A DNA stretch of 64,000 nucleotides from an uncultured Arachnia sp. (lineage in GTDB: Bacteria > Actinomycetota > Actinomycetes > Propionibacteriales > Propionibacteriaceae), in assembly GCA_947499145.1 (NCBI GenBank), contig CANMNB010000001.1:865-64864 (forward strand), read 5' to 3'. The notes under the pieces are model-generated. The model made no database searches, was not told the DNA's origin, and saw nothing but the letters and a program-made list of their open reading frames with translations. Below are positions 1 to 8,634 of the stretch, piece by piece (within the stretch, counting starts at the first letter, position 1; the number at the start of each line of letters is the position of its first letter). The position numbers were made by a program, and so were the translations under genes.

Positions 1-663
1 CTGATGCGGATCAACGGGCTCCGCGGTGTCAGCAAGGCCAAGGCGCCTCGTACGACGATCCCGGCCGGCGCGCCGACGCCGGAGGACAAGGTGAATCGCC
101 AGTTCACCGCGCAGGCGCCGGATCGGCTGTGGGTGGCCGACATCACCTACGTGCGCACCTTCGCCGGCTGGGTGTACGCGGCGTTCATCCTCGACATGTG
201 CACCCGCATGATCGTCGGCTGGCAACTGTCGACCAGCCTGCACACGCGGTTGGCGTTGGATGCCCTCGACATGGCGATCTGGTCCAGACGACGCCAGGAT
301 CGCGACCTGTCCGCCTTGATACATCACTCCGACAAGGGCGTTCAATATCGTGCCATCCGCTACACCCAGCGTCTGGCCGACGCCGGCGTCGTGGCGTCCG
401 TCGGGTCGACCGGTGACAGTTACGACAATGCCGCAGCCGAGGCGTTCAACTCGCTGTTCAAGAGCGAACTGATCCGCAACCGCGGCCCCTGGCACGGCAT
501 CAGCGATCTCGAGTTCGCGGTCGCCGAGTACCTCGACTGGTACAACCACCGACGGCTCCACGGCGAGATCGGATACCAGCCACCCGCCGAATACGAGGCA
601 ACGTTCTACGATCAACCACAACCGGCGAGCTCACCCGAACTCGCAACAACCGGGAGCCTCTAG
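1..663 (+). CDS. IS3-family transposase OrfB, C-terminal part (DDE/rve domain)
   Basis: Motifs WVADITY, HHSDKGVQY, SYDNAAAEAFNSLFKSE and YNHRRLHGEIGY. The frame is open from the window edge. Confidence 0.95.
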   Translation: MMRINGLRGVSKAKAPRTTIPAGAPTPEDKVNRQFTAQAPDRLWVADITYVRTFAGWVYAAFILDMCTRMIVGWQLSTSLHTRLALDALDMAIWSRRRQDRDLSALIHHSDKGVQYRAIRYTQRLADAGVVASVGSTGDSYDNAAAEAFNSLFKSELIRNRGPWHGISDLEFAVAEYLDWYNHRRLHGEIGYQPPAEYEATFYDQPQPASSPELATTGSL

Positions 664-681
664 AAAACCCGGGGCGATACA
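654..681 (+). repeat. IS3 right terminal inverted repeat (IRR)
   Basis: 28-bp sequence ending in CA, overlapping the transposase stop codon. Confidence 0.85.
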
Positions 682-2031
682 TGGTTCGGTCTACGAAGAA
701 GTCCCAGATCACCAGTAGGGGTATACGTGCGGAAGTCAGGGATCACTGTGCTGCTTCCCGCCGACCGCGGCGCAGCGGCCCTCGCAGCCAGCGGCGGGAC
801 AGTGGAGCGGAAGAACTCACGACTCTGGTACCTCCGCTTCGCTGCAGGTTCCCTACAACCATCCACAGCGTTGAAAGCCGTCACACACTACGCGCTGGAG
901 GCGCTCGGACTGGCCAGCCCTGGGGACGGACCTGCTCCGCCCCCAGAGACCGATGACCCGGGGGTCATGTCAGTGTCGCCGGAGGATGCCATGCGCTCGG
1001 GACCGTCCCCAAGTACGCCGTCATCCAGAGAGACCGCCCCAACAGAAGACAGGACGGGGGGAGAACCGCATGACGGAGTCAGCCCGGTTACCCAGAACGA
1101 ACCTCTGCTGCGTTCCGAGGTGGATCGTCTAATCCGTAGCATCGTCATCCGAGGCGGGACGATCCACCGACAGGGGTCAAAGGACCGTTTCACGCTCCAC
1201 GCGGAGCGCGGTGGGCTGGTGTTTGCCTATGTCCGACCAGATCACATTACGTTCGTCATGCAACAGGCACAGGCAGAAGAAGCCATCGCGAGGGGCGCAG
1301 AACTCGAGGGAAGGAGCGCCTCCAGTTGGTACGTTCGATGCGACATCAGCGACGCCGACACGGCCTTCCGATGGTTCCTTGTCGGGTTGAAGGCCTTGAC
1401 CTGGGCGGAGGTAAGATATCTCCGTTCCAGCGGATACTCGGATCCCGAACCCGCACCGAAACCCCCACTTGAGCATGCGAAGCCGAAGGCCAAGCCCACG
1501 CCCGAAGAAGAAGCAGCAGAAGAGCGCCGGCGCAAGAAGGAAGCCTTGGATGCGCGTTACGGGCTGGGGTGGGAAGATTTCGAGTTGGGTGTGCCCGAAT
1601 ATCTCGACAGTGTGAAGGAAGAAGCCCGCCACCTGCGGGGCTATGTTGACCTCCGCAACTACTGGCACCGGCGACGCACCACCATTCAGGAGCTCCTCGG
1701 CGTCGGGCAAAGCTCACAAGGTGACCACGCAACCGATTGGGCGAACATCTCGATGATCGATGAACTCATTGAGGTACTCAGCCACACCCTCTACCCACTG
1801 GCCGGGGCACTCGAAGTCCCCCGCATCTTTGTCGAACTCACGGACACACCTCACTGGCACCAACTCACCAGAGCGAGTCGAGACCGCGACGAAGCCATCC
1901 TTGGGCTCGTCGCCCACATCATCGAACGCCACTACCCCAACGCTCGCACCGTCCGCGCGACCTGGGGGCAGATGCTCACCCATGGGATCGAGCCACACCC
2001 CCCATCTGTTCCTTGGGACGATGACTACTAA
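682..2031 (+). CDS. Hypothetical protein with two tandem ~75-aa domains, probably 5'-truncated by IS3 (first in-frame GTG at 727)
   Basis: The frame is open from the IS end at 682. The internal repeat F.L...V.(V/A)YVR...IT...A.G..E....WY(L/V)R occurs at ~682-910 and ~1186-1405, and repeat 1 starts upstream of the first start codon. Confidence 0.7.
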   Translation, partial: WFGLRRSPRSPVGVYVRKSGITVLLPADRGAAALAASGGTVERKNSRLWYLRFAAGSLQPSTALKAVTHYALEALGLASPGDGPAPPPETDDPGVMSVSPEDAMRSGPSPSTPSSRETAPTEDRTGGEPHDGVSPVTQNEPLLRSEVDRLIRSIVIRGGTIHRQGSKDRFTLHAERGGLVFAYVRPDHITFVMQQAQAEEAIARGAELEGRSASSWYVRCDISDADTAFRWFLVGLKALTWAEVRYLRSSGYSDPEPAPKPPLEHAKPKAKPTPEEEAAEERRRKKEALDARYGLGWEDFELGVPEYLDSVKEEARHLRGYVDLRNYWHRRRTTIQELLGVGQSSQGDHATDWANISMIDELIEVLSHTLYPLAGALEVPRIFVELTDTPHWHQLTRASRDRDEAILGLVAHIIERHYPNARTVRATWGQMLTHGIEPHPPSVPWDDDY

Positions 2032-2213
2032 CCCCCACACCCTTAGAACCCAACGCAGGGACCAACGCGCAGCCACCCACAGTGGTAACAACCGGCCATC
2101 GCAGCAAGACTGTCGATTGGACGGTGACGCTGCCGACGCACACCCGCGACACGCAAAGTCAGACCTCATCCCGATGCTGACCCACCCCACCCCTAATCCG
2201 CCAGGAGAAATCA

Positions 2214-2975
2214 ATGCCCACAGTCCCACCAGAGGTAGCCGCGCGGATCCGCCGGAACCCAGAAACCAAGCACCATGTTGTCGAAGGTTCCACACCGGTC
2301 CCCTTTTTTGGGAACCAGCCCGAGGCACAGCTCGCCACGGTGGGTATCAACCCGAGCCGAATCGAGTTCCAGACATCGCGATCTCGGATCGAACTCGACG
2401 GTCCGTCACGGCGATTCGAGACACTGAAGAGCTTGGGGATCAACTCGAACGCCGAGGCCGACGACGCCCAGGTGGCGGCCATCTACGCGCGCTGCATTAG
2501 GTACTTCGACGACACCGCGGTGGCTTACTGGGATTGGTTCAAGCGTCTCGAATGGATCATCCAACCACTCGCCGGTGTGAGCTACACCGACGGGTCCGCC
2601 TGCCACCTCGACCTCGTGCAGTGGGCCACGGACCCTGTTTGGTCCGGGATCAAGGACCGCGAGGTGAGGACGAGCCTGGCGGCCAAGGATCTCGAGTTCC
2701 TGTTAGGGCAACTCGCCGCCCCGCAGTTGAGGATCGCCTACCTCAATGGCGCCCAGGTTGCCACAGTTCTTGGCAGTCTCATCCCGATCGAAGACCGCAG
2801 AGCCACCTTCCGCGATGGGACGCGCTGGTCCTTCTACAAGGGACAGTACGAAGGCACTGCCATCGTCGGCTGTTCTGCCTTCATCCAGAACGCACATATC
2901 AGGACAGAAGACAAGGCGGCCTTCAACGAATGGATCGCCGCTGAGTGCCGAAAAGACCTCGACGCACTGGACTAG
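2214..2975 (+). CDS. Uracil-DNA-glycosylase-like fold protein (uncharacterised family)
   Basis: AGGAGA RBS. STPVPFFGN...ATVGINPS..EF resembles UDG superfamily motif 1 (GxNP), followed by CHLDLVQWAT. The fold call is an inference. Confidence 0.65.
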   Translation: MPTVPPEVAARIRRNPETKHHVVEGSTPVPFFGNQPEAQLATVGINPSRIEFQTSRSRIELDGPSRRFETLKSLGINSNAEADDAQVAAIYARCIRYFDDTAVAYWDWFKRLEWIIQPLAGVSYTDGSACHLDLVQWATDPVWSGIKDREVRTSLAAKDLEFLLGQLAAPQLRIAYLNGAQVATVLGSLIPIEDRRATFRDGTRWSFYKGQYEGTAIVGCSAFIQNAHIRTEDKAAFNEWIAAECRKDLDALD

Positions 2976-3118
2976 AACCCCCACTTCCGTTCGCCCGGGT
3001 TGAAGCTCCCCGAACGAAGGCCAGAATCGGCGCATTCGGAGACGGACGGGTCTGCTGCACGACCGGGTGACATCAGCGTTGGGAGCCACTCCCCTGTCGC
3101 TCATCACTGCCTCAAGCA

Positions 3119-3144
3119 TGGGCATAGGTTCGCCGTGCAGGCGG
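3119..3144 (+). repeat. Dispersed att-like repeat, copy 1
   Basis: TGGGCATAGGTTCGCCGTGCAGGCGG; 23/26 identical to copy 2 and 22/26 to copy 4. Confidence 0.85.
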
Positions 3145-3307
3145 GGACGTGAACGCTGTGCAAACCGGGGAGCTTCTCCGCCCCTTTCACCGTCGATCGC
3201 GGCATGAGCGGATGCCTCCGCCCGAGGCAGGGAGACCGGCTCCCAGTCCACGGCGCAGGGCGCAGTCCAAGTGGCCCACCGGGTGGAGCGCCCATCGGAC
3301 CGCGCTG

Positions 3308-3802
3308 TCAGTGTTGCTGGAACCCTGCTCGGGTGTAGAGCGCGAGAGCCGCTGGGGAAGTGCCCTCGCCGACGCGCAGCGAGAGGGTGTCATCCCCGGC
3401 CCGCGCGCAGGCGTGCACCGCTGTGTCGAGCAGGGCTCGGGCGACGCCCAGGCCTCGCGCGTCGGGATGGACGAAAAGGTCGATGATGAAGGGCCCCTCC
3501 AGCTGCGGGTCCCAGATCGACTTATCTACCACCAGGATCGCACCGACGGGTCGGTTCTCAATGGTGGCGACCCGGGTCAGGTCGTGGCGGAGTACGCCGA
3601 ACTCGTCGGCGAAGGTGTCGTCCATCTCCTGCTGGGCCTCGCTCAGGCTGGTGGCCGCGACACCGGGCGGGTATGCCGCGAGATAGGCGGTGGCGAGGGC
3701 GTCGCGATCAGACGTCTGGATGCATCGGAGCTCGACGGCGTCGATGCTGGCGGGAGTGGTTGTGCGACCGGTGAGGGAGAGGGTCATCAGGTCAGAGGGC
3801 AT
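3308..3802 (-). CDS. GNAT family N-acetyltransferase
   Basis: Acetyl-CoA motif LFVHPDARGLGVARALL, then ALALYTRAGF. Start set at the internal ATG 3802. Confidence 0.88.
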   Translation of the reverse strand: MPSDLMTLSLTGRTTTPASIDAVELRCIQTSDRDALATAYLAAYPPGVAATSLSEAQQEMDDTFADEFGVLRHDLTRVATIENRPVGAILVVDKSIWDPQLEGPFIIDLFVHPDARGLGVARALLDTAVHACARAGDDTLSLRVGEGTSPAALALYTRAGFQQH

Positions 3803-4056
3803 GGTTGTTCCGTTCGAGTCGATGGGCGTTGGTGGTCTGTCATCAGGAACGGAACATGGGCCCATCGTAGGCACCGGTCAGCTTTATGGAGAAGTCGAGG
3901 GGCTTTCGGCGGTTGCGGTTAGGTTGACTGCCAGACGGCGTCGGGGTCCCTTAGAGCCAGGGGATGGCTCGCCGGTCCGCGTCGCCGAGAGCGGCAAATC
4001 CGCGTGTTCCGTGTCGCCACCTCGGAGGTGTCACTGTCGCGCTCTAGCCTGACCCC

Positions 4057-4773
4057 GTGACTCCTTTTAGTTCATTGCCCGTCCGCGAGGTGGTCGGTGA
4101 CTCCGGTGAGGATGATCAGGGCTGGCCGTTCACCATGGGCGCAGTGAGGCAACTGCTGTCAGACGGGCTGGAGCTGTCCTGGTTGACGGTCCTGGTCGGG
4201 GAGAACGGGGTCGGGAAGTCCACCATCATCGAAGCAATCGCCATGGCATACGGCCTGAGCCCCGAGGGCGGCAGCACACACCTGAGGCCCTCGGAGCGTC
4301 CCACCGAGTCGCCGCTGCACGCACGGATCCGGCTGGTGCGCGGCCTTTCCCGTTCCCGCTGGGGGTACTTTCTGCGCGCCGAGACCATGCACGGACTGAT
4401 CACTTTCCTCGAGCAGAACCCTGGCGCCGACAGTCGCTACCACGAGCGCTCGCACGGCCAGGCGTTCACCGAGCTCCTCGACACCAAACTGGAACACATG
4501 TCCCGCAGGGGCGGATTCCTGGTTCTCGACGAACCGGAGGCCGGGCTCTCGATCGTGACCCAGATCAAACTGGCCAACCTCCTGACGGAACTACGCCACG
4601 ACGGCATCCAAGTGCTGATGGCCACCCACTCCCCGATCCTCACCGCCACCCCAGGCGCCCGCATCATCGAACTGGACGACGACGGACTCAACACCCGTGC
4701 CTGGAAAGACCTGATGACCGTGGCGCTGTACCGACGGTTCCTCGCCGACCCCGGCTACTTCGGCCTGGAGTGA
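4057..4773 (+). CDS. Predicted ABC-like AAA ATPase (COG3910-type)
   Basis: Walker A GENGVGKS, signature SHGQ, Walker B LVLDEPE and H-loop ATHSP. TAGCCT-N6-GTG leaderless promoter supports the start. Confidence 0.88.
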   Translation: MTPFSSLPVREVVGDSGEDDQGWPFTMGAVRQLLSDGLELSWLTVLVGENGVGKSTIIEAIAMAYGLSPEGGSTHLRPSERPTESPLHARIRLVRGLSRSRWGYFLRAETMHGLITFLEQNPGADSRYHERSHGQAFTELLDTKLEHMSRRGGFLVLDEPEAGLSIVTQIKLANLLTELRHDGIQVLMATHSPILTATPGARIIELDDDGLNTRAWKDLMTVALYRRFLADPGYFGLE

Positions 4774-4908
4774 ACACGCGCCACCGCGCAGAGCACGATC
4801 CAGACGCAGCACATCCGGATTGCTCAGTACCAGGCATTGGCGCAGCTGTTGCTCAGCCAGCACGACTGCTCACTTCGCGCCAGCACATCAGAGGTTCCGG
4901 CGTCTCCT

Positions 4909-5214
4909 TCAGCTTCCAGACGCGAATGCAAACAGTAGCGACGGAACACTCAGGAGAGCCCACGTTCCCATCAGGTAGCAGATCGCGAGGGAAACCAAAG
5001 CCAGACCCCTGCCGCGATCTCCCCGGCACTTGATCTGCTGCAACGCGACGTGCCCAGCACCCACGCCAAAGACAGCGACCGAGATAAAGCCGAACCCGAA
5101 CATCCCACCGAGCGCCAGCAGCGACAGCAGGAGCGAAGCCACAGCCAACTTGTTCACCACAGGTGACGGTACCGACTCAAGGCCGATCGATTCCGTAGTC
5201 CAAGCAGTCGCCAT
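4909..5214 (-). CDS. DUF4190-like small membrane protein
   Basis: LAVASLLLSLL...GHVALQQIK.RGDRGRGLAL pattern; TAGTCT-N6-ATG leaderless start. Confidence 0.75.
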   Translation of the reverse strand: MATAWTTESIGLESVPSPVVNKLAVASLLLSLLALGGMFGFGFISVAVFGVGAGHVALQQIKCRGDRGRGLALVSLAICYLMGTWALLSVPSLLFAFASGS

Positions 5215-5527
5215 GACTGAAGACTAGGACACCAGCGGGCGACTGAGGTGAGGCCACGGAGTTTCCGCATCGGCCGGGCCCAAGGAGCCATCGACCAAGA
5301 TCCCCCGAGGGGCCATTGGCCATTGGTCTCGACAGCAATCACCATTGCGGCTTGCGGCATGTCAGCGCAAAGACGAATACGACTTCAAGCTTCGGTCGGG
5401 CAACGCTCCCGTTCGGAAGAAGGCACAGATGTGCGGTGAAGATCAGCGCCGCCTGTCATCAGAACGACTGTCAGTCGTCGCTTCGTGAGCGAGTCTCCTG
5501 GGCTGCAGCCCGGCTTGTGTCGAATGT

Positions 5528-5582
5528 TTGACACAACGCTTCTGAGCGTCTAATCTTGGCTTGTAGCAATCCTTTGATACAA
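5528..5582 (+). promoter_or_regulatory. SigA-type promoter plus palindromic GntR/YtrA operator
   Basis: TTGACA (5528-5533), 17 bp, TAATCT (5551-5556). Followed by the inverted repeat TTGTAGCAA-tcct-TTGATACAA (5561-5582, 1 mismatch). Confidence 0.8.
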
Positions 5583-5594
5583 GATCGGGGTCCC

Positions 5595-6473
5595 ATGTCT
5601 CTTTTAATAGTCTCGGCTCTCATCGGTGGTCCGCTGCTTTTGACGGTGATCGCGCTGGGGGCGCATTCGGCGGCACGCGGTGCCCCCGACACGCGCAGCG
5701 AGTGGAAGTGGGTTCGCGCGACCTGGGTTGCGGCTGCCTTCATCGGCGGCGTGGCCGCATGGCTCGTCAACGGCAGCCTTGACCTGGGTCGGGGAACGAT
5801 GCTGGCTCCTGCCATTGTCGGCCTCTTTATGGTCACCGGAGTTGGTCTCGCTGAGACTGTGGTGCGACCGCGGCGACCGACCGGTCCGCGGACTGCTTCG
5901 CTTGCTCCCCGTCGGGTGGTCAATTACCTGCCGAGGGCACTCACCACCGCGGTCACCGGGATCACGGCGGTGCACCTCGCCACGCTAGCCTTGACCACTG
6001 CGTCCGCCTCCGCCGACGACATGGGACGCGCCGGACGGCAGATCGCGGCGCGTTGTGGCAACGTCGGCAATGGAGCCGGTCCCTACCCGGGCAGCTTCTA
6101 CTCCATCCCGCTCACACTGCTGCTCCTGGGCGTCGGGCTGGCGGCCGTGGCAGCGTTGGTGGCTGTCGTGCGTCGGCCACGCGGTTTCGCGAATGACGAA
6201 GTGAGCGACGACGTGTTGCGCTTGCGGTCGATGACACGGGTGCTGGCTGCGACAGGTGCGGCTGTGGCGGCCAGCCACGTGGGCGTCGCATTCTTCGCAG
6301 GCACGGCGCTGCTCAGGATGGACTGTCAACGCGCCTGGATGGCCCCGGCGGGTTTTGTGCTCGTGGCGACCATCCCCGCGGCCCTTCTGCTGCTCGGCTG
6401 GTTTCTCGCCCGGATCGTCGGCCCCGGAGCGCTCCCCGCTCTCTCCACTGCCTACCCGGCGGAGATGCGATGA
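5595..6473 (+). CDS. Multi-pass membrane protein co-transcribed with a YtrA-type regulator
   Basis: About 7 hydrophobic segments; ATGA overlap with the GntR gene. Confidence 0.8.
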   Translation: MSLLIVSALIGGPLLLTVIALGAHSAARGAPDTRSEWKWVRATWVAAAFIGGVAAWLVNGSLDLGRGTMLAPAIVGLFMVTGVGLAETVVRPRRPTGPRTASLAPRRVVNYLPRALTTAVTGITAVHLATLALTTASASADDMGRAGRQIAARCGNVGNGAGPYPGSFYSIPLTLLLLGVGLAAVAALVAVVRRPRGFANDEVSDDVLRLRSMTRVLAATGAAVAASHVGVAFFAGTALLRMDCQRAWMAPAGFVLVATIPAALLLLGWFLARIVGPGALPALSTAYPAEMR

Positions 6474-6844
6474 GCCTCGTCCTGACCCTCGACCCCGACG
6501 ATCCGACCCCACCGTACGAGCAACTGCGGCGGCAGCTCGGCGACCTAATCGCCGCTGGACGGCTCGGCCCCGGCGACCGACTCCCCCCGCTGCGCCAGCT
6601 CGCCGGTGACCTCGGGGTCGCCGTCGGCACGGTCGCGCGCTCTTACCGTGAACTCGAGCAGGAGGGACTGCTCACGTCCCGGCGCGGCGGCGGCACCCGC
6701 GTAGCCGAGTCCGGCCGAGCCCCTGCGGTGAACCGGCAAGAAATGCTCGAGGGCATGGCTGCGGACTTCGTCGCACGGGTCCGCGGGTTGGGCTACACCG
6801 ACGACGAGACCGTCGTGGCCCTGGAGCGGCAACTCCGCTTCTAG
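6470..6844 (+). CDS. GntR family (YtrA subfamily) transcriptional regulator
   Basis: PPYEQL...GRLGPGDRLPPLRQLAGDLGVAVGTVARSYRELEQEG; 124 aa, the short YtrA size. Confidence 0.92.
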   Translation: MSLVLTLDPDDPTPPYEQLRRQLGDLIAAGRLGPGDRLPPLRQLAGDLGVAVGTVARSYRELEQEGLLTSRRGGGTRVAESGRAPAVNRQEMLEGMAADFVARVRGLGYTDDETVVALERQLRF

Positions 6845-6999
6845 CCACCAGCTTTGCCTCCGATCAAAGCGACGCTCTCGCTAGAGAATCAGGGTCTGTA
6901 TCAGTCAATTGCACGGCATGAATCAGACAGATTGCAGGCTCGCACATCGGCATGCCAGGGCGTCGCGGGACGCGATGGGCGAAGTTTCCCGCACGACCA

Positions 7000-7042
7000 T
7001 GGGCATAGGGTCGCAATGCAGGCGGGCGCTAGACACTCCCCA
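7000..7042 (+). repeat. Dispersed att-like repeat, copy 2
   Basis: TGGGCATAGGGTCGCAATGCAGGCGG followed by GCGCTAGACACTCCCCA; TGGG...CCCA ends. Confidence 0.85.
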
Positions 7043-7085
7043 CATCGGACGAATCAAACACGGCTGCGCCGCGCCTCTTGCCGAA

Positions 7086-7127
7086 CCGGGATGGGCATAG
7101 CAGGCGGATGCACAGCACTCATCCCGG
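7086..7127 (+). repeat. Dispersed att-like repeat, copy 3 (10-bp internal deletion)
   Basis: TGGGCATAG|CAGGCGG-ATGCACAGCACTC, flanked by the perfect IR CCGGGATG/CATCCCGG. Confidence 0.65.
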
Positions 7128-7190
7128 CTTCCGTCTTGGTTCAGCACTTGGCGCATCAGGACCTGCTGGGGCAGTACAGCTCGGGCGATG

Positions 7191-7817
7191 TCAATGGAGT
7201 TTCACGATTCTGTCGGCGTACTCACGCGTCCGTGTAATCCACTCCGCGTTCACCTCGTCAATCGTGCTCACCCAGTCCCGAGCAGCTGACGGTGTCTTGC
7301 CGAACTCAATGTGACGGTGGATCAGGCGCCGTATGCGGGTCTCACTGTCTACTTCTAGGAACCACGTCTCGTCCAGTTCGGCTCTGATCTGCAACCACGG
7401 CTCGTGCTGGAGAAGGAGGTAGTTGCCTTCTGTGATGAGGATTTCCACATCATGGGGGATGCGGATCGCGCCGGCGATCGGTTGCTCCAGAGTTCGTTCG
7501 AAGGCCGGCGCGTACAGGGTGCCGCCCCGCTCACTCCTGGCCCGGCGGAGGAGGTGCAGATATCCCCAGGCGTCGAAGGTTTCCGCTGCTCCCTTCCTCT
7601 CCAACAGGTGCTGGCGATCCAGTTCTTCGTCGGCTAGGTGAAAGCCATCCATGGGAACGTGCGAGACCGTCAGTCCACGATCACGCAACCTGCAGGCCAG
7701 CTCGTGCGCTAGTGTCGATTTGCCCACCCCCGGACAGCCAACAAGGCCGAGTATGTAGGGACTGGAATTGCCCATGCGATGTCTCGCCAGCAGTTCGGTC
7801 ACCAGCTCATCAGTCAT
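7191..7817 (-). CDS. Nucleoside/pantothenate-kinase-like P-loop kinase (FrcK-like)
   Basis: GLVGCPGVGKST, MDGFHL, KGAAETFD, ITEGNYLL, RLIHRHIEFGK. Confidence 0.85.
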   Translation of the reverse strand: MTDELVTELLARHRMGNSSPYILGLVGCPGVGKSTLAHELACRLRDRGLTVSHVPMDGFHLADEELDRQHLLERKGAAETFDAWGYLHLLRRARSERGGTLYAPAFERTLEQPIAGAIRIPHDVEILITEGNYLLLQHEPWLQIRAELDETWFLEVDSETRIRRLIHRHIEFGKTPSAARDWVSTIDEVNAEWITRTREYADRIVKLH

Positions 7818-7830
7818 TGGCGTTTCTCCA

Positions 7831-7885
7831 GCCACTTCGACACGTGCTTGAGACTAGGGACTCACTAAGCACGTGGCGAAGTGGC
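7831..7885. terminator. Long intergenic stem-loop between the aldolase and kinase genes
   Basis: GCCACTTCGACACGTGCTT...AAGCACGTGGCGAAGTGGC; 19-bp stem with one mismatch. Confidence 0.55.
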
Positions 7886-8007
7886 ATCGCCATTGCGACT
7901 TCCGCCTGAGAGGAGCCTGGCGTCGTCAACTATGGGGATTCGACCCCGCTGCACGACGCTTGCTCTTAGTGCGCCATCTTGCGTCGGCCACTCTTGCTGA
8001 GGCCCGG

Positions 8008-8634
8008 TCAGCCTCTGGGTGACGTAGTTCGGAGGCTCTTGATGACGAGCTCCAGTTCACCTTCCCGGGCAACGGAGGAGCCCATTGCGACTGCCGAGGC
8101 TCCGTCACTTAGGAACGAAGCCGCGTTACTGCTGCTGATTCCCCCCGTTGCGACGAAGGCGGCATCGGGGAAGGGTCCGTGCATGTGCCTTATCCACTGC
8201 GACCCAAGGGATTCTGCTGGGAAACACTTGAGCCACGTGTGGCCAGCCTTACGCGCAAGCTGGACATCGGTTGGGCTGGACACTCCTGGGAGGTAAGGGA
8301 GACCAAGGGAAGCTGCGGTGAGGGAGATCTCAGGATCAAAGCCAGGACTTACAGCGAAGCTGGCTCCGGCGTCCGCTGCTCTCCTCATGCTGTCAGGGTC
8401 AGTGATGGTTCCTACCCCGACGCTCGTTCCGCGCGCTTCGGCAAAGCTGGCCAAGGCTTCGAGTCTTTGCAGGTCTGTCTCAGATTGGTATGGGATCTCC
8501 ATGACCTTGACCCCGAGAGACCATGCCAGCTCGGCTAGCCTCAAAGTCTCATCGAAAGGGATTCCGCGCACGATCAGCATGAGGGGCATCTCGGCGAAGC
8601 GGGAGCGGAAGAACTCATCAGTGGATTGGGTCAC
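8008..8634 (-). CDS. eda: KDPG/KHG aldolase
   Basis: VGVGTI, FAVSPG, YLPGVSSPTD, LKCFPA (Schiff-base Lys), FVATGGI. GTG start after a GGAGG RBS. Confidence 0.88.
   Translation of the reverse strand: MTQSTDEFFRSRFAEMPLMLIVRGIPFDETLRLAELAWSLGVKVMEIPYQSETDLQRLEALASFAEARGTSVGVGTITDPDSMRRAADAGASFAVSPGFDPEISLTAASLGLPYLPGVSSPTDVQLARKAGHTWLKCFPAESLGSQWIRHMHGPFPDAAFVATGGISSSNAASFLSDGASAVAMGSSVAREGELELVIKSLRTTSPRG

Larger units (their letters stand above)
1..681 (+). mobile_element. IS3-family insertion sequence, right part (left end outside window)
   Basis: Contains an rve integrase-core ORF. It ends in GAGCCTCTAGAAAACCCGGGGCGATACA (654-681), whose reverse complement TGTATCGCCCCGGGTTTTCTAGAGGCTC resembles the IS6110-type 28-bp IR and has the TG...CA ends typical of IS3. 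Confidence 0.93.

Noticed and set aside
661-727. Possible read-through fusion of the IS3 transposase with the downstream ORF (same frame, single TAG)
   Set aside because: A one-in-three frame coincidence after insertion; no read-through signal seen.
6854-7237. 127-aa + strand ORF containing repeat copies 2 and 3
   Set aside because: TTG start, no RBS or motif, and it overlaps the kinase 3' end; better treated as intergenic.
7932-7952. GGGGTCGAATCCCC (minus strand) resembling a tRNA T-arm
   Set aside because: The T-loop is not TTC, and there is no acceptor stem, D-arm or anticodon arm.
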